Shown here piece by piece: positions 35,757 to 51,655 of a stretch of DNA of 64,000 bases (its first letter is position 1; each line of letters begins with the position of its first letter). Location: positions 1 through 64,000 of the forward strand of contig QPMI01000163.1 of assembly GCA_004431415.1 (NCBI GenBank). The letters run 5' to 3'. This DNA is from Cyanophora paradoxa CCMP329 (taxonomy: Eukaryota; Plantae; Glaucophyta). A program made the position numbers and the translations under genes. Below the pieces are notes generated by a model. It did not search any database and was not told where the DNA came from. It was given only the letters and a program-made list of their open reading frames with translations.

Positions 35757-38700
35757 CTAGCGGAAGCTAAAGTTGATGCGGCGGCGCTCATGTTCGCGCT
35801 CGAGCGCCACGTCCGCCACCACCGCTGCGCCCCCCCGCGTCGTCAGACTAGATCGGGGGACCGGGCGGGGAGGGGGAGATCGAGGGCTCGCCCTTCTTGT
35901 AGGCCTCCCACTGCTGGCTCTCGTGGTACCGCTCGTAGAGCTGCTCGAGCGTCGGGCGCCGCGCTGCGGCCTCCTCCGCCGCCCGCCGCGCCGCCCTGCT
36001 CGCACGTTCAATCAGAGAAGGGGGAGAAAGAGAGAGGGTGGAGAGGGGGATGGCGGCGGGGCGCACTCGCTGAAGAAGTAGAACTCGGTGCGGTTAAGGG
36101 AGAGGAGGGTGGCCTCGGGGGAGGTCACGGTGGCGCGCAGGTCCCAGCGGACCCCCCGCGACGACCACTCCGTCGCCAGCAGATGCTCCCCGATCGTGTC
36201 CATCCGCCCCGCCTGCCACCCCGGCACCAGCGCCGCCCCCCGCCCCTCCCCCGCCCCCTCCCCGACCAGCCCGTGCAGGCGCTGCCAGCCGACCTCGAGC
36301 GCCGACTTGCGGCGCCCCTGCCGCCCGGGCACCGCCACCTGCACCGACGCCCGCCGGCCGCCCCCCACCGAGGAGCCCCGCGCGCCCGCCAGCGAGCCCG
36401 GCGCCGGCGGCTGCGGCGGCGACGACGGGCCGGCGCCCCGGCGGAGGGCGGCCGCTCGGGGGCCCCCGCGGAGAGGGATTGCCGCCGTGACCCCGGCGAC
36501 GGCGGCGGCTGCGGCGGCGGCTGAGGCTGGGGCTGGGGCGGAGGCTCCGGGAGGGCGCGGCGGGGGCCTCCGGGTTGGGGCGGAGGGGCGGTGGAGGGGG
36601 CGCGCGGGAGGGCTTGCGGCGGGGCGGGGAGGAGGGGGGCCGGGGCGAGGGGGCGGAGCGCGGGGAGGGTGCGGGGCGCGGGGAGGGGGCGGGGCGGGAG
36701 GGGCCGGGGCCGGCGGGGAGGGGCACGAGCTTCTCGACGTCGAGGGTCCCCGCGTAGACCACGAAGAAGTTCAGCGCTGCCGCCCCGCCCCTGACCCGTG
36801 AGGCACCGGCCGGCGGGGGCGGGGCGGGGCGGGGCGGGGCGGACCGGGCTCGCCGACGTCGACGACGCGCTCGTGGCGGCGGAAGGTGAGGGGCTTCATG
36901 ACGAGGGCCACCTTCCGGAGGTCCTCGGCGGGGAGGGCCCGGAAGAGCGGGGAGGAGCGCAGGAAGTCGGTGCGGCGGGCGAGCTCCGCCTCGTGCATCG
37001 AGCGCAGGCAGCGGCGGTACTCCTCGGCGGAGAGGCGCAGGAACTCGGAGGCCTCCGTCGTCACCACCGTCGCCGACCGCACGCCCTCCTGCAGCAGCGC
37101 GATCTCGCCCACCTGGCCCCCCGGCGCGTGAGCGGCGCCCAAGGCGGGGCGGGGCGGGGGCGCGGGGGAGCGGACGACGTGGCCGGCCTCGACGCGGCCG
37201 ATGAGCTCGAGCTCGTTGGAGGGGGCGAGGGGGAGGCGCGAGGGGTCCTTCTTGAGGACGACGCAGGAGCCCGAGAAGACGACGAAGAACTCCTCCGCCG
37301 CCTCCCCCTGCTGCACCAGCACCTGCAGCGGGGCTCCGCGCTGAGCGCGCGGGGCGGGGGCGCGGGGCGGGCGGGGGCGGGCGCCTGGTCGCGGTCGAGG
37401 GCGACGAGGCGGACGCAGCGGGCGACCTCCCGCACCGCCTCCTCCGACACCCGGCTGAAGATGTCGATCCCTGCCCGCCCCGCCCCCCGGGCCCCTCAGC
37501 CCCGCCCGCCCCGGCGCGAGCGGGGAGCGCCGGCACCGGCGAGGGCGTCGGCAAGGACGCGGAGGTCCTCCTCGGTGCGCTCCTCGGCCGGCTTGCTCGT
37601 CGCCCGCTTCACCGCCTGCCGCAGCGCCACCGTCTTGAAGAACTGCGCCCCCTCAGCAGCGCCGGCGCGCAGCGCGGCTCGGGGGGGCCTGGCGGGCGGG
37701 GGCGGGCCTTGTTGAGGGAGGCGGCGGCGGAGGGGCGGTTGAGGGCCCGGAAGCGCGCCTCGAGCGAGGCCGGCGGCCGGTACTGCAGCGCCCCCTCGAA
37801 GGGCCGGCCCCGCGCCACCGCCGTCTCCGCCGCGTGCCTGCACGCCCTCCTCTCAGGCGGGGCGCCACGGCGCGGGGGCGCCGGGGGGCGGCGGGGCGCG
37901 CCTCCACTTGGCCTTGGCGCCCTCGAAGCGCGAGAAGTCGCTCGGCAGCTGCCGCCGGCGCGCGCGGCGTGAGAGGGGGTCGCAGGAGCGGGCCGGGGCC
38001 GGGGCCGGGGCCGGGGCGGACGGGGGCCTTGGCGAGGAGGAAGGCGTCGGTGTAGGCCTCCATGCTCGCCTTCATGTCCCCGCCCGCCGGCACGCCAGCG
38101 CCCGCTGGTGCGCCACGTCCTGCCCGCCCCTCGGCGCACGCCCGGCGGCGGGGCGGGGCGGCCTCGGGGCGCACGGCGGCGGAGACGAGGGCGCCGGCGA
38201 GGGCGCCGCAGCGCTCGTTGTCCTGCAGGGCCCGCGGCAGGTTCCCCAGCTGGATGAACACCCCGCCCGGTTGTACAGCGCCAGCGGCGACTCCGGCCAC
38301 GCCTGCCGCCGCCCCCCGTGAGGCCGGCCGCCGGGCGGGGCGGGGCGGGGGGCGCGCACGCGGAGGGCCTCCTCGAAGTCGGCGCGGGCGGCGGCCCAGT
38401 CGCCGGCAGCGACGCGGCAGAAGCCGCGGTTCAGCAGGGCCCCGAAGAAGCGCTCGTCCAGCCGCAGCGCCTCCGTGTACGCCTCCACCGCCCCGTCCAG
38501 GTCCGCGGGGCTCGCCGTCATCCGCTCGTAGCCCCGCAGGAAGGGGCCCCGGGCGCGCCGCACGCGCAGCCGCAGGAGCGCCGTGTCCCCCGGCTTGACC
38601 ACCTTGAAGAGGCGCTGGAAGGTGAGCGGGTCGAGCGGGTCGGCCCGCGCCGCGCTCGCCAGCGCCCGCTCCTCGCTCCGCACCACCCGCTTCGGCTCCT

Positions 38701-39289
38701 CCGCCCGCGGGAACGAGAACTTGCTGCCGCGGCGTGAGACGCCCGCCACGGGGCCGGCGCGCGGGGCTCAGCGGCTCACAAGAAGTTCCGCCGGTCGAAG
38801 TGGTCCTTGGGGGGACCCGAGGGCCTCGCAGTCTGCGCCCCGCGCGCCGACGGCGAGGCCGGAGGCGCCGCGTCCCGCGCCGTCGCCGGCCGCCGCGGCG
38901 GCGACTGCCGCCCCTCCTCCTCGCCGCCGGGCAGCGCCGGCGCCTCCGGCAGCAGCCGGCTCGTCTCCGGCCCGGCCGAGGGCCACGACGGCGCCGCGCT
39001 GCTTGGCCTCCCAAAGCGCAACTTCCGGAAGGTCTTCAGAAACCCGGCCCCGTAAACAGAAGCAGAAACGGCCTGCTCGCCGCCGTGGGCCGCATGCACG
39101 ACGCCCGCGCTCTTCGGCCGCCTAGCTGTGAACCTCGCCCGGCTAGCCTGATACTTTGGAACCTGCAGCGAGCATGAGGCAGGCGCCAGCGGGGGCAAGG
39201 TCGCGGAGCGGGCGGACTGGCGAAGCCTTGCCGTCGGCGTCGTCCTCCAGAACCTGGGCCAGCCAGAGGGGGGGCACTGGGTGCTTCAT
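35757..39289 (-). CDS. TPR-repeat plus cyclic-nucleotide-binding-domain protein, spliced
   Basis: TPRs (DLDGAVEAYTEALRLD..ALLNRGFCRV; ALYNRAG); cNMP domain (LVQQGEAAEEFFVVFSGSC..VGEIALLQEGVRSATVVT) and second cNMP start (FLRSSPLFRAL); ends approximate. Confidence 0.75.
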
Positions 39290-39513
39290 GTTTTGAGGCC
39301 TACAAGCTAGGACGCGATGTCCGATACGAGGGCGAGCCCGGCAGTCGCCCGCGCAAGGGGTTCGGAACCGGCTGCGACGTAGGGCCGGGCGCGCTGAAAA
39401 CACGCTCCCGCTTCTAGCTAAGCTCGTCTCAGCATCTTGGTTCCTGGCAGTCTTGCAGCCCGGAGTCGAGGTGTTTGCGAGGGGGGGAATAGAAACGGAG
39501 TACAGTGATTCAG

Positions 39514-41422
<1,909 letters not shown>

Positions 41423-41556
41423 CCGGCCAGCTCCCAGCCCCTCTCGAACACGCGTGCACGTGCAGCGTCGCATGGATTGAGGGGGGACGCCGTTGGAGGG
41501 GCGGGATGATGGGGGAAGGTACGAGGGAAAAGGGGGCGGGGGGCGGGGCGGGGGCG

Positions 41557-43002
41557 CTAGGGGGCGGAGGCGGGGCTCGGGGGGTGCGTGGCGCGGAGGC
41601 GCTCGACGTCGCGGAGGGCCGCCCTGAAGCACCCGAAGTTGTGCTCCAGCAGGCCCGCCTGCGCCCCGCGTCGGCCCCCGCGCGGCGCGGGGCGCGGGGC
41701 GCGGGGCCGGCGGGCACCCGCTGGAGCATCTCCTCGCGGAGGATGCAGACGAGGGCCTGGTACCTGGGGCCGGGTCGGGCGCGCCTCGGGGCGGGGCGGG
41801 GCGGGGCGGGGGGGGGCGGACTGGGAGACGTGGCGGAGGTAGAGGGCCATGCCGTTGTTGAGCTTGATGACGGAGGCCGAGGCGGCGTCGAAGGCGAGGG
41901 CGTCCCCCTCCTCGTGCGCCCCGTAGATGCACGAGACGTCGATCACCACGTCGATCATGTCGCTGCACAGCTCGTACGACTGCATGTCCACCGGCGAGCT
42001 GTCCGTCGCGATGTACACCTTGCTCAGCACGTCGAACAGGAATGCCTTCTCGATCCGGCAGTTCTGCGGGGGGAGTTGGGCGGGGGCCGGGGAGGGCGGG
42101 GAGGGGGCGGGGGTGGGGGCGGGGGGCGGGCCTGGGTGAGGAGGTCGAGGAGGTTCTCGAGGGTGGCGAGCTCCGGGGTGAGCTTCTGCACGACCTTGCT
42201 CATCGCCTCGAAGACCGAGTGGTCGTAGATCGACGTCAGGTAGTACGAGATGTAGATCGACTCCAGCCCCGCGTCCGCCAGCTCCTCCGTCGCCTTCTGG
42301 TAGATGTCCCGCTGGCACTCTGCCCCGCCCCCCGCGCCACCGTGAGCCCCGCCCCGCGCCCCTGCCCCGCGCCGGCGCCCCGCACCGATTTTGTGGTCGT
42401 CCGAGAGCCCGTCCACCTTGTGGATGAAGACCTCGATGTTCACCCTCGGGTTCGCCTGCGCCGCCGCGCCCTTTCGCACCCCGCCACCGCGGCGCGGCCA
42501 GGGGGCGCACCTTGTGCGCCTTCTTCACCGTCGAGAGAAGGCGGCCCACGGCTTCGCTGTACTCATCCTGCGCGCTCCTCCGGCTTAAAAACGCGGCACA
42601 CTCGCAGCACTCGCGCGGCCCGCGCCTGCGCGTCGATGACGAAGACGATAGAGCTGCAGGGGGCGAACTCCGCCTCCGTGTCGGCCTCAGTGAACTCCAT
42701 GCGCCCCGGATAGTCCCACACTTGGAACTCCATGAATGCGCCGTTCGATATCTCTGCGCGGCAGTCGGCCGCCGCGCCGGCGCGCGCTGCAGGAGCTGCG
42801 CACCGTTCTTAAGGACTTTCGTGCTACTGTCGAGGAGCAGAGAGTCGTGCGGGCTCATCTTCTGAAACACGACTTTCGATATAGAGGTCTTGCCGGATCG
42901 CGGCAGCCCGAGGAGCGAGATCCTGGGCCTGAAGCTCCCCCTGCGCGGCGGCTGTAAGCGGCGGCGAGGTGAGGCAGCGTATGTGCAGCGGCAAACGTAC
43001 AT
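41557..43002 (-). CDS. RRAGC: Rag GTPase C/D (Gtr2), spliced
   Basis: [117 protein letters not shown]. Confidence 0.95.
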   Translation of the reverse strand: MYVCRCTYAASPRRRLQPPRRGSFRPRISLLGLPRSGKTSISKVVFQKMSPHDSLLLDSSTKVLKNGAQLLQRAPARRPTAAQRYRTAHSWSSKCGTIRGAWSSLRPTRRRSSPPAALSSSSSTRRRGPRECCECAAFLSRRSAQDEYSEAVGRLLSTVKKAHKVRPLAAPRWRGAKGRGGAGEPEGEHRGLHPQGGRALGRPQNRCGAPARGRGAGRGSRWRGGRGRVPAGHLPEGDGGAGGRGAGVDLHLVLPDVDLRPLGLRGDEQGRAEAHPGARHPREPPRPPHPGPPPAPTPAPSPPSPAPAQLPPQNCRIEKAFLFDVLSKVYIATDSSPVDMQSYELCSDMIDVVIDVSCIYGAHEEGDALAFDAASASVIKLNNGMALYLRHVSQSAPPRPAPPRPEARPTRPQVPGPRLHPPRGDAPAGARRPRAPRPAPRGGRRGAQAGLLEHNFGCFRAALRDVERLRATHPPSPASAP

Positions 43003-43355
43003 GAGAGCGACTTCGAAGCGCCAGGAGCCCGCGACGGGCCGCGAGACCGGGTACGGGCGCAGAGCGTAAAGACGGGGTAGAGGCTCGCCCAGCCGCCAGC
43101 GCAGCGGTGGCTCGCGAGTCGGCGCCCTCTCCGGTGTAGGAACTTCTATACGCGGTCTTAGCTTTCTCGAAAGCACCGGCCCTTTACACACCGTAAGAAA
43201 CCAACGACACAGCAACCCCCCGCGTATCTGGAAGCGAATCAGACTGTTGTTTGTGAAGACTGCGACCCCTCAGGAGGTGTTCACGCATTGCCGACTGGAG
43301 CCGCACTCGGCGTTAACTGGGATCGCCAAGCCGCGCGTGGCGCGCTACCCGCCAC

Positions 43356-44641
43356 ATGGTCTGCGCTTGAACCGTTATCCCGATTCGCGTGCAGCTAACT
43401 GTGCCGCTGCCACCGCTGCTACTAGCATGCCTACGGGGCGATTATCAAGGTCGCTGTCCTGGAGGCTGCAACTGGCGGTGCGTTACTGAGGGATGAGTCC
43501 GCAAGCTCAGTCAGCTCTCCTCATCCACTTCTTGCGCTCTTACGCAGTGTGCTTGTTCGAACGGGAGCGCGAGGGGCACAAAAGCTCGAAGGACTTGACC
43601 GGCTTGATACGAGCATTCGTTCAATTCAGCCGCGAGATTGACACAGGCAGTGCGTATACTCATCTCTCTCAGTACCTTCTTCGCGCGCCAGAGGCTCACG
43701 CCGAGCCTTCAGATGTATCCCGCGTGCTCTTCCAGCGAACAGAGACCCCCTGCAGGCCAGTGCCCGGTAGCTACAGACGGACGAAGGTGCTTTTGCGAGC
43801 ATCTGTCGGGCTGTCGTGCGGCCAGTGACTGAGACGCGGCGCAGCCATCGCGGTCCGTGTACGCAGCATCACCAACGCCGTTCAACCTCACGACACCGAG
43901 GACAGCGCCAGCGGCATCCACGCTGGCCGCCGCGTCGGCAGCCGCGCAGCAGCAGGACCTTTCCAGCATAGAGATGGTGTGCGCGAGGGACTCGCGCATC
44001 ATCATCGCAGTCTTCCACGACCGCTCGGTCCAGGTTCGCGCGCCCCCGAGCCGCCCGACGCGCGAGCTCTGACCCGGCCCCCGCCCCCGCCTCGCAGACG
44101 CAGGACGCGCAGCGCTTTGCGCACATGATGCTCCACGAGGTGCGCGCCGCCACCCGCCCGCCGCCCGCGCGGCGGGCTCGCGCGGCTCACGGCGCTGCAG
44201 TTCACGGTCGCGTACGGAGCGGGGCTGGACACGATGAAGGCGCTGCTGCGGAGTGTGGCGTCGGGGTCGGCGTCGGCGGAGGAGGCGGCGCAGATCACGG
44301 GGCGCTTCGCCGACTTCGAGGGGACCGTCGCGGCCTTCACGGAGCGCGTCTTCCGCTCCTCCACCGCGCACGCCCCCGCCCAGCACGCCCCCGCCTCCTC
44401 CAGCGACCACTCGGGGCCCTCCACGCCGGAGGCTGCGCGCTCGCCCTCCCCTTCCACACCGCCCCCCGGCCACGCCTCCCCGTCCTTCGTCCGCCTCTCC
44501 CTCAACGACCCCCAGACCCCCAACGGCTTCGGCCGCTCCTCGCCCCCGCCCGGACAGGAGCAGTCCCCCGGCAAGCAGCAGCAGCACACCGATACGTGGC
44601 CGCCCGAGATCGACTGCGACTGGCCCCCCGACTTGACCTGA
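43356..44641 (+). CDS. Uncharacterised protein, possible longin/roadblock-like fold, spliced
   Basis: Model M|HAYGAIIKVAVLEAATG|VCLFERE..LTGLIRAFVQFSREIDTG|DVSRVLF..IEMVCARDSRIIIAVFHD..FAHMMLHE|FTVAYG; consistent GT-AG introns; fold call is pattern inference. Confidence 0.6.
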
Positions 44642-44992
44642 TCTCAGGACACCCCACATCCTTTCGAGCATATGCAGTTCTGTTCTAGTTGAGTACTATT
44701 CGCAGTAGTTTCAGCAAGGCGTTGTTCAGGCATTCACAGCCAAAAACGTTCGCTATCAGCATGCGTCGCTGCGCATGCTGGGATCCGGGATGATGCTCGG
44801 TCGGGCCGTCTCCCCGGGTGCTCGGCGAGCGTCAGTGGTGCAGCGATCAAGATACGGCACTGTGACATGTTCAACCCTAGCGCCTAATGCTGCGTTAAAC
44901 AACCTGGATTCTAGTAATCTAATCTAATCCGATCTCTACTGCAAAGAAGAAGTCTCCTGGTCCGAAATGCGCCCTGCGACCGTGTCTTACTC

Positions 44993-45547
44993 TCACTTCT
45001 TGCCCTCGCGTGCTTCTCTCCGCGTTGCTTCTTGCAGGAGCTGTCGGAGAGCGTCGGCTGCGGCACGCGCCAACGCAGGGGCGGGCGCACCTCTACGTCT
45101 ATGTCGGCGGGAGGTAGCTGAACGTAACGGACGACCGAACCGCGAATGAAGCAGTTCTTGACGGACATCTGCGCGAGCATGGCGGGTGAGGACGAGGGCG
45201 GCAAGGGCGGACAATGGCGCAGACACCGCCGCCCCAGTTCGCAGCTAGAGCGCGCGAATCGAACCATGTGCGGGTGCTTGATCTCGTCGAGGACTTTGAT
45301 GTTGTCCAGCTTCAGGTTCAGGAACTGATCCACGGAGTGCAGGGTGCCGCGAATGGCTAGGTCATTCTTCAGCTCTACGATCACCTCTTTACCGACCAGG
45401 GTCTTGAATATGGAATAGAACAGCTGCGCAGGATCGCGTGAGCAGGGTTCTCGGCGCGGACGGAGAGGGGCGGGCGCCCGGCGTTCGACGGACGCCAGCA
45501 CGGTCTGGAAACGCAGAGCTGGCACAGGAGGGCGAAGGGCGCACCAT
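44993..45547 (-). CDS. LSM2: U6 snRNP Sm-like protein LSm2, spliced
   Basis: M|LFYSIFKTLVGKEVIVELKNDLAIRGTLHSVDQFLNLKL..HPHM|MSVKNCFIRGSVVRYVQLP..|LLQEATRRE. Confidence 0.96.
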
Positions 45548-45595
45548 CTTCGACCAGCTCTTTTTTCCGCACCCGGGTACAGCGCGATCGCAGCG

Positions 45596-46605
45596 ATGTC
45601 GCGGCCCCTGCTCGCAGCCTTGCTGCTGGGCTGCTTAGGGTGAGTGCTTCTCCCCTTCCCTTTAATACACTCACTGGCCCGCGCAGGCTCGCCATCGCAT
45701 CGAAGGACGTGGCGGTCGGCGCCCCTAGCGGCATTGGCGCTCTGCTGTTCAACGTCGACGGGCGTGTCGTCGGGCCGGGTGCGCAGCCGCCTCGGTTCGC
45801 GCTCGTAGCCGCCTCATTGTACCACAGCATCTCTGCGGCTCGCGCCGCTGAAGATCCTCATCGACGGCGGTAGCTATTCCGCGATCGTGCGCGCCGATGG
45901 ATCGTTCACAGTATATCCTTGCTGCCGCCGCTTCCCGCCGCCTCTCTGCATCCCCGCGCATAGCTGAGCACCTTGACCGGCCCTCGCCTCACGCATGACG
46001 TCCCGGCTGGCACTCACCTCGTCGAGGTAGTCTGCACGGAGTTCTTCTTCCCGCCGGTGCGGGTCCCAGGGAGCGCCACGCGCTCTCCCGTCGCTGAGGC
46101 TGCCCCCCGCAGATTCGCGTGGACATCAGCGCCAAAAGCAAGAAGATCAAGGCCGCGTACGCCGATGAGATGCGTGCGGCCGCGCAGTACCCGCTCCTCA
46201 TGGAGCCCATCCGCCGCAATGGCTACTTCGAGGCGCGTTCGCCGCTGGCTAGCTCTCCGCCCTCAGGCCGACGCTCACCGCGCCGGCGCAGGTGAGGGAA
46301 GAGCTCAGCCTGCTCGGGATCGCGCGGCAGCCCTACTTCCTCGTGACCGTCATCATGCCCTTGGGCCTCATGCTCCTCATGAAGTTCCTCGGTGCCCCGC
46401 GCTGCCCCGTGCCGCCCGCGCGGCGCGTGGCGCGCGCTGCTGATCGCGCCGCGCAGGGCCCGAGATGAAGGCGGCGCAGGCGGAGCTGGCGGGAGGGGAC
46501 GGCAGCGCGCCCGTCCCGCAGGGCCCCACGTCGCAGGACCTCCTGGAGTCCATGTTCTCCACAGCGTCCGCGCCCCGGCTCACGTCGGGCCGCGCCAATA
46601 GATGA
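45596..46605 (+). CDS. EMC7: ER membrane protein complex subunit 7, spliced (includes one U12 intron)
   Basis: Signal peptide; VRADGSFTV|HDVPAGTHLVEV..FFFPP|IRVDIS..YPLLMEPI..YFE|VREELSLL..; C-terminal TM segment. Confidence 0.88.
45913..45992 (+). other. U12-type (minor spliceosome) AT-AC intron
   Basis: 5' ATATCCTT, branch CACCTTGAC (45969-45977), 3' CAC; removal restores EMC7 frame GSFTV-HDVPAG. Confidence 0.9.
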
Positions 46606-46867
46606 TGCGAATTCCGTATGTAGGACAATAGATAACCCACGTCAGCAGACTCGGACTGCGGGCGCTGCATGCACTGTAGAGGCTGGGACGTGGAATTCGG
46701 TCACAAGGGCGATGGGGGGCGGGGGCTAACGATCGTGGGGCGGTGGCAGGGCCGGAGCCGACAGCAGTGGCCGAGAGGAAGGCGGGTGGGGCAGTGGGTG
46801 CCAGCAGGCAGTGGGAGGGGGCGAGGTCGGCGGGGAGGGGGCGAGGGGCCGGGGTGCGGGCGGGCGC

Positions 46868-49402
46868 TCAGTCCCAGAACTTGATGGTGCCGTCCCAGCC
46901 GCATGTGGCGACCTTGCTGGTCTCCAGCGGGTGCCACGCGGCGCCGATGCAGACCGCGCCCTCGTGCGCCTTGATCGTCCTGCGCCGCGTCGGCCGCCCG
47001 CCCGGCAGCGTCGCGCGCGCGGGGAAGGGGCGATGCGCACCGGAAGACCTTGCAAGTCTTCCAGTCCCAGAACCAGAGCTTGCCGTTCGCGTCGCCCGAG
47101 TAGACGAAGCTGGGCGGGCGTCGGCGTCGGCCAGGGCCGCCAGCGGAAGCGGGACGTGGGGAGGGGCCCGGGCGCACCGGCCATCCGGGGAGACGCCGAC
47201 CTGGCAGGCGAAGCCGGAGACGAGGTGGCCGCGGAAGACCTTGCGCTTGTTGATCTTGAAGCGGTCGCGAGCGCCGTACACCAGGATCTGGTTGTCCAGC
47301 GACTGCGCCAGGAACCACTTGCCTGCCGGCCGCTCGTGGGGGTCGCGGGGCGCAGGGCGCGGGGCGGGGCGGGGCTCACCGTTGGGGTGGAGGTCGATGG
47401 AGGGCATGGAGTGCATGTGCGGCTCGGCGATGTACTTGATGACGACGGGGATGCCCCACTCCCAGCTGCGCGCCCTCCACGTGAGGGACCGCCTGCAAGA
47501 CGGGGCGGGGCAGGGCGGGGGCGGGGCGGACACGCGGAGCGTCTTGTCGTCGGAGCTGGAGACGAAGCGGCGGTTGTCGTCGACGAAGGTGACCGTGTTG
47601 ACCTGCGAGAGGTGCTGGTCGTACTCCAGCGTCGGGATGTCCTTCTCCGTGCTCCACTGCGCCCCGCCCCGCGTCGGCGCCCGCCCTGCCCTGCCCCGCC
47701 CCGCCCCGCCCCGCCCCGCCCCCCGGCGCGTCTGTCTGACCTGGTAGAGCCGCTTGTCGTTGCAGCCGACGACGAACTCGGTCTGCTTGTCGGCGTCGGG
47801 GTGGAACCGGACGACGTTCGCCACCTTGCCGTTCGTGAAGGACTTGATGCACTGGCCCGTCTCCGTGTCCCACAACTTGATCATCTTGTCGTGTGCGCAG
47901 CTCAGGAACCTGCGGCGCGCTCAGTAGGCCGCCCCCGCGGGAGCCGGGGCGCCGGCCGCCGCACTTGCGCCCGTCGTGGCTGAAGCAGATGTCCTTGAGG
48001 GGCTTCGTGTGCCCCATGTACGTCCGCATGCACTTGCGGGAGCCGTAGACGTCCCAGATCTGCGGCCGGCGTGAGCGGGGGGCGCGGAGGGGGGCGGCAG
48101 GGCGGGGGCGGCGGGGGGCGCGCCTTGATCTTCGTGTCCATGCCCGCCGAGAGGAGCAGGTGGCCGTACGTCGGGAAGAACTGGATCCTCTGGATCGCCT
48201 TGGTGTGGCCCACCCTGCCGCGCGCGTGAGCGCTGGCTCCGGCAGCCGCCGGCGGGCGGGCGGGCGGGCGGCACCAGGTGTGGACGAGCTGCTTGGGGAT
48301 GTAGCACTCGTCCGGGGGCATGTCCTTGAGCTCGCTGGGCTTCTCTATCCAGGAGCGGCCCTGGTAGTCGACCTCCGAGTCGCCGTGGAATATCGTGCTG
48401 TCCTTCGCCTCCGCGAACGCCTCCTCCTTCGCCTTCTTGATCGAGTCGAGGTACATCTTCTGTTCCTCCTGCGCGCCGCAACGAGCAGCGGTCAGCGGCC
48501 CGCCGCCCTCGCCCGCTGCTACGCGGCGAACCGACAGGTCCACGTTCGACATCTTCTCTTTCCGCTCGATCTCGAAGTGGTAGGGCGCCCAGGGACCGAG
48601 GAACGTTTCCACTGCCGACGCGTCCCCCGCGGGAAGCTTCCTTTTCTTGTTGGCCTTCTCTTTTTCCTCCCGCGACTCTTTTGTATCGTAGACGCTCAAG
48701 CCTGCGATGAGCCTCAGGAAAACAACAGCGGCACTCCAGAAGAGAAGCACCTTTGAGCGGGTTCGCTGTAGACGCGGGCAGCTCTCCTTGCTCAGCTAGA
48801 TATGCTTCTGCGTTGGCGCTGCATTTCGGGCGGGCCGTAAGCAAGCCGGGCGAGTGCCTCGAGTGCCAGCAAAAGATGGAGGGCACCGGTTGTACGCGCG
48901 TTCCGCCTCATCGAAAACGGTTTCGTTCATCGCATACTTCTCCACGTAGCCTGTCAGCGTGTTTTTGAAGCCTTTGCTCATGCTGTCTGCGCGGAAGGGG
49001 TGCTGCGGGCCCGCGACGGGGGCCCAGAGCTGATCAACCCTGGCGGAGACCGCAAGTCAGCGATTCAAGCACACACGAGCTCGGAAAGGAAAGCGCGTCG
49101 CACTTCGGGTTGTAGTGGATGAGGCTGCGAGTCGGGTCTGCTGCATGCTTGTCGCGCAGCAACTGCGCAGGCGAAAGCGAAGCCCGCATTGGCGGCGGCA
49201 CGACGGCGTGCGGGAAGTAATGCCTCGCGCAATGCAGCGTTCGAGGGAAGAGAGCCCAAGGAAATACGGGCCGACAGGGGCGACGCACGTCATTGTCGAG
49301 AATCGTGGGCGCTGTATTGACTTTTAGGGACAGTGCGGTCGAGGTGGAAGGCTGGGCGGGCGCGTCCTCCCCATCGCTCCCGTAGCCGGTGAGCAGGTCC
49401 AT
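46868..49402 (-). CDS. CDC40: Pre-mRNA splicing factor CDC40/PRP17 (WD40), spliced
   Basis: [110 protein letters not shown]. Confidence 0.96.
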
Positions 49403-49541
49403 GAAAGGTGCCGCTTTATGATAAGCAGGAGTTGCCGCTGATTTTACAGGAGATCACAAACACAGCGAAGGTCTACGGCGACGAAGGCACGAACACTGCT
49501 GTACCCGGCGCAAAAAAAGTCTCGCGGCGCAGCGAGGAAAG

Positions 49542-50109
49542 ATGAACCACAGGCGGAACCTGCGAAAGTTCGGGCGCGACAGCAGCCATCGCCTGGTGCG
49601 GGGATTGCATAGCTACCGGGCGGCACGGCGGGGATCTGCCGGCGGACCGCCACCGCCGCGCCGTCGCAGCCGTCGTGTCCGTGATCTGACGCGCGTGCGC
49701 TCTCCCTGCGCAGGCGATGCTGAAAAACATGGTGAAGAACCTGGTGCGCCACGAGCGCATCCAGACCACCCTCGCGAAGGCGAAGGACACACGCCGCGTC
49801 GCGGAGAAGGCAATCACTACAGCAAAGAAGGGCACAGAGCATGCGCGCAACCAGCTGATGGGCTTCTTCTGGCACGACACGAGCGTCGTTGACAAGCTGA
49901 TGACGGACATCGCCCCTCGCTTCGCTGAGCGGGAGGGCGGCTACACGCGGATCATCAAAGCGCCGAACAGGAGAGGAGACTGGGCGCCCATGGCGTTCAT
50001 CGAGTATGTCGAGCGACCAGGCGTCGTGCAGCGCGAGGTTGTGCAGGCCCGGCTGGCAGCGGCGAAGAAGGATGACCAACAAACGCCCGGGCAGCAGCTT
50101 GTTCCGTAG
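49542..50109 (+). CDS. MRPL17: Organellar (probably mitochondrial) ribosomal protein bL17, one intron
   Basis: MNHRRNLRKFGRDSSHRL|AMLKNMVKNLVRHERIQTTLAKAK..IAPRFAEREGGYTRIIK..RRGDWAPMAFIEYV. Confidence 0.9.
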
Positions 50110-50335
50110 ATTTATTTATCTCTTCTTCAGCTTGCGCAATCGTACAGGACCCTTTTTCGCTACATCGCAACGGGCAGAATGGAGAATTCGAAGATCTAGA
50201 CACGGGGCCGCGGCGCCGGGCCGGGAGCGGAAATGGAACCAGAGGATCGAGGGGCGGGGGGAGGGCGGGGGGCGGGGGGGTCCTTCAGAGCAGCTGCAGC
50301 TGCAGCTGGATCCGCACTACAGCTGAACACGTAGC

Positions 50336-51539
<1,204 letters not shown>

Positions 51540-51655
51540 TCAATCAACTTAGCGCGCTCAAGGCGATCGCGTGCGGCGACAGTTCGGCCTCGCCCGCGAA
51601 GCGGGTCGAGCGATCCTCTTTCTAGCAAGAGAACACTCTCTTGAAGTCTGAGGAT

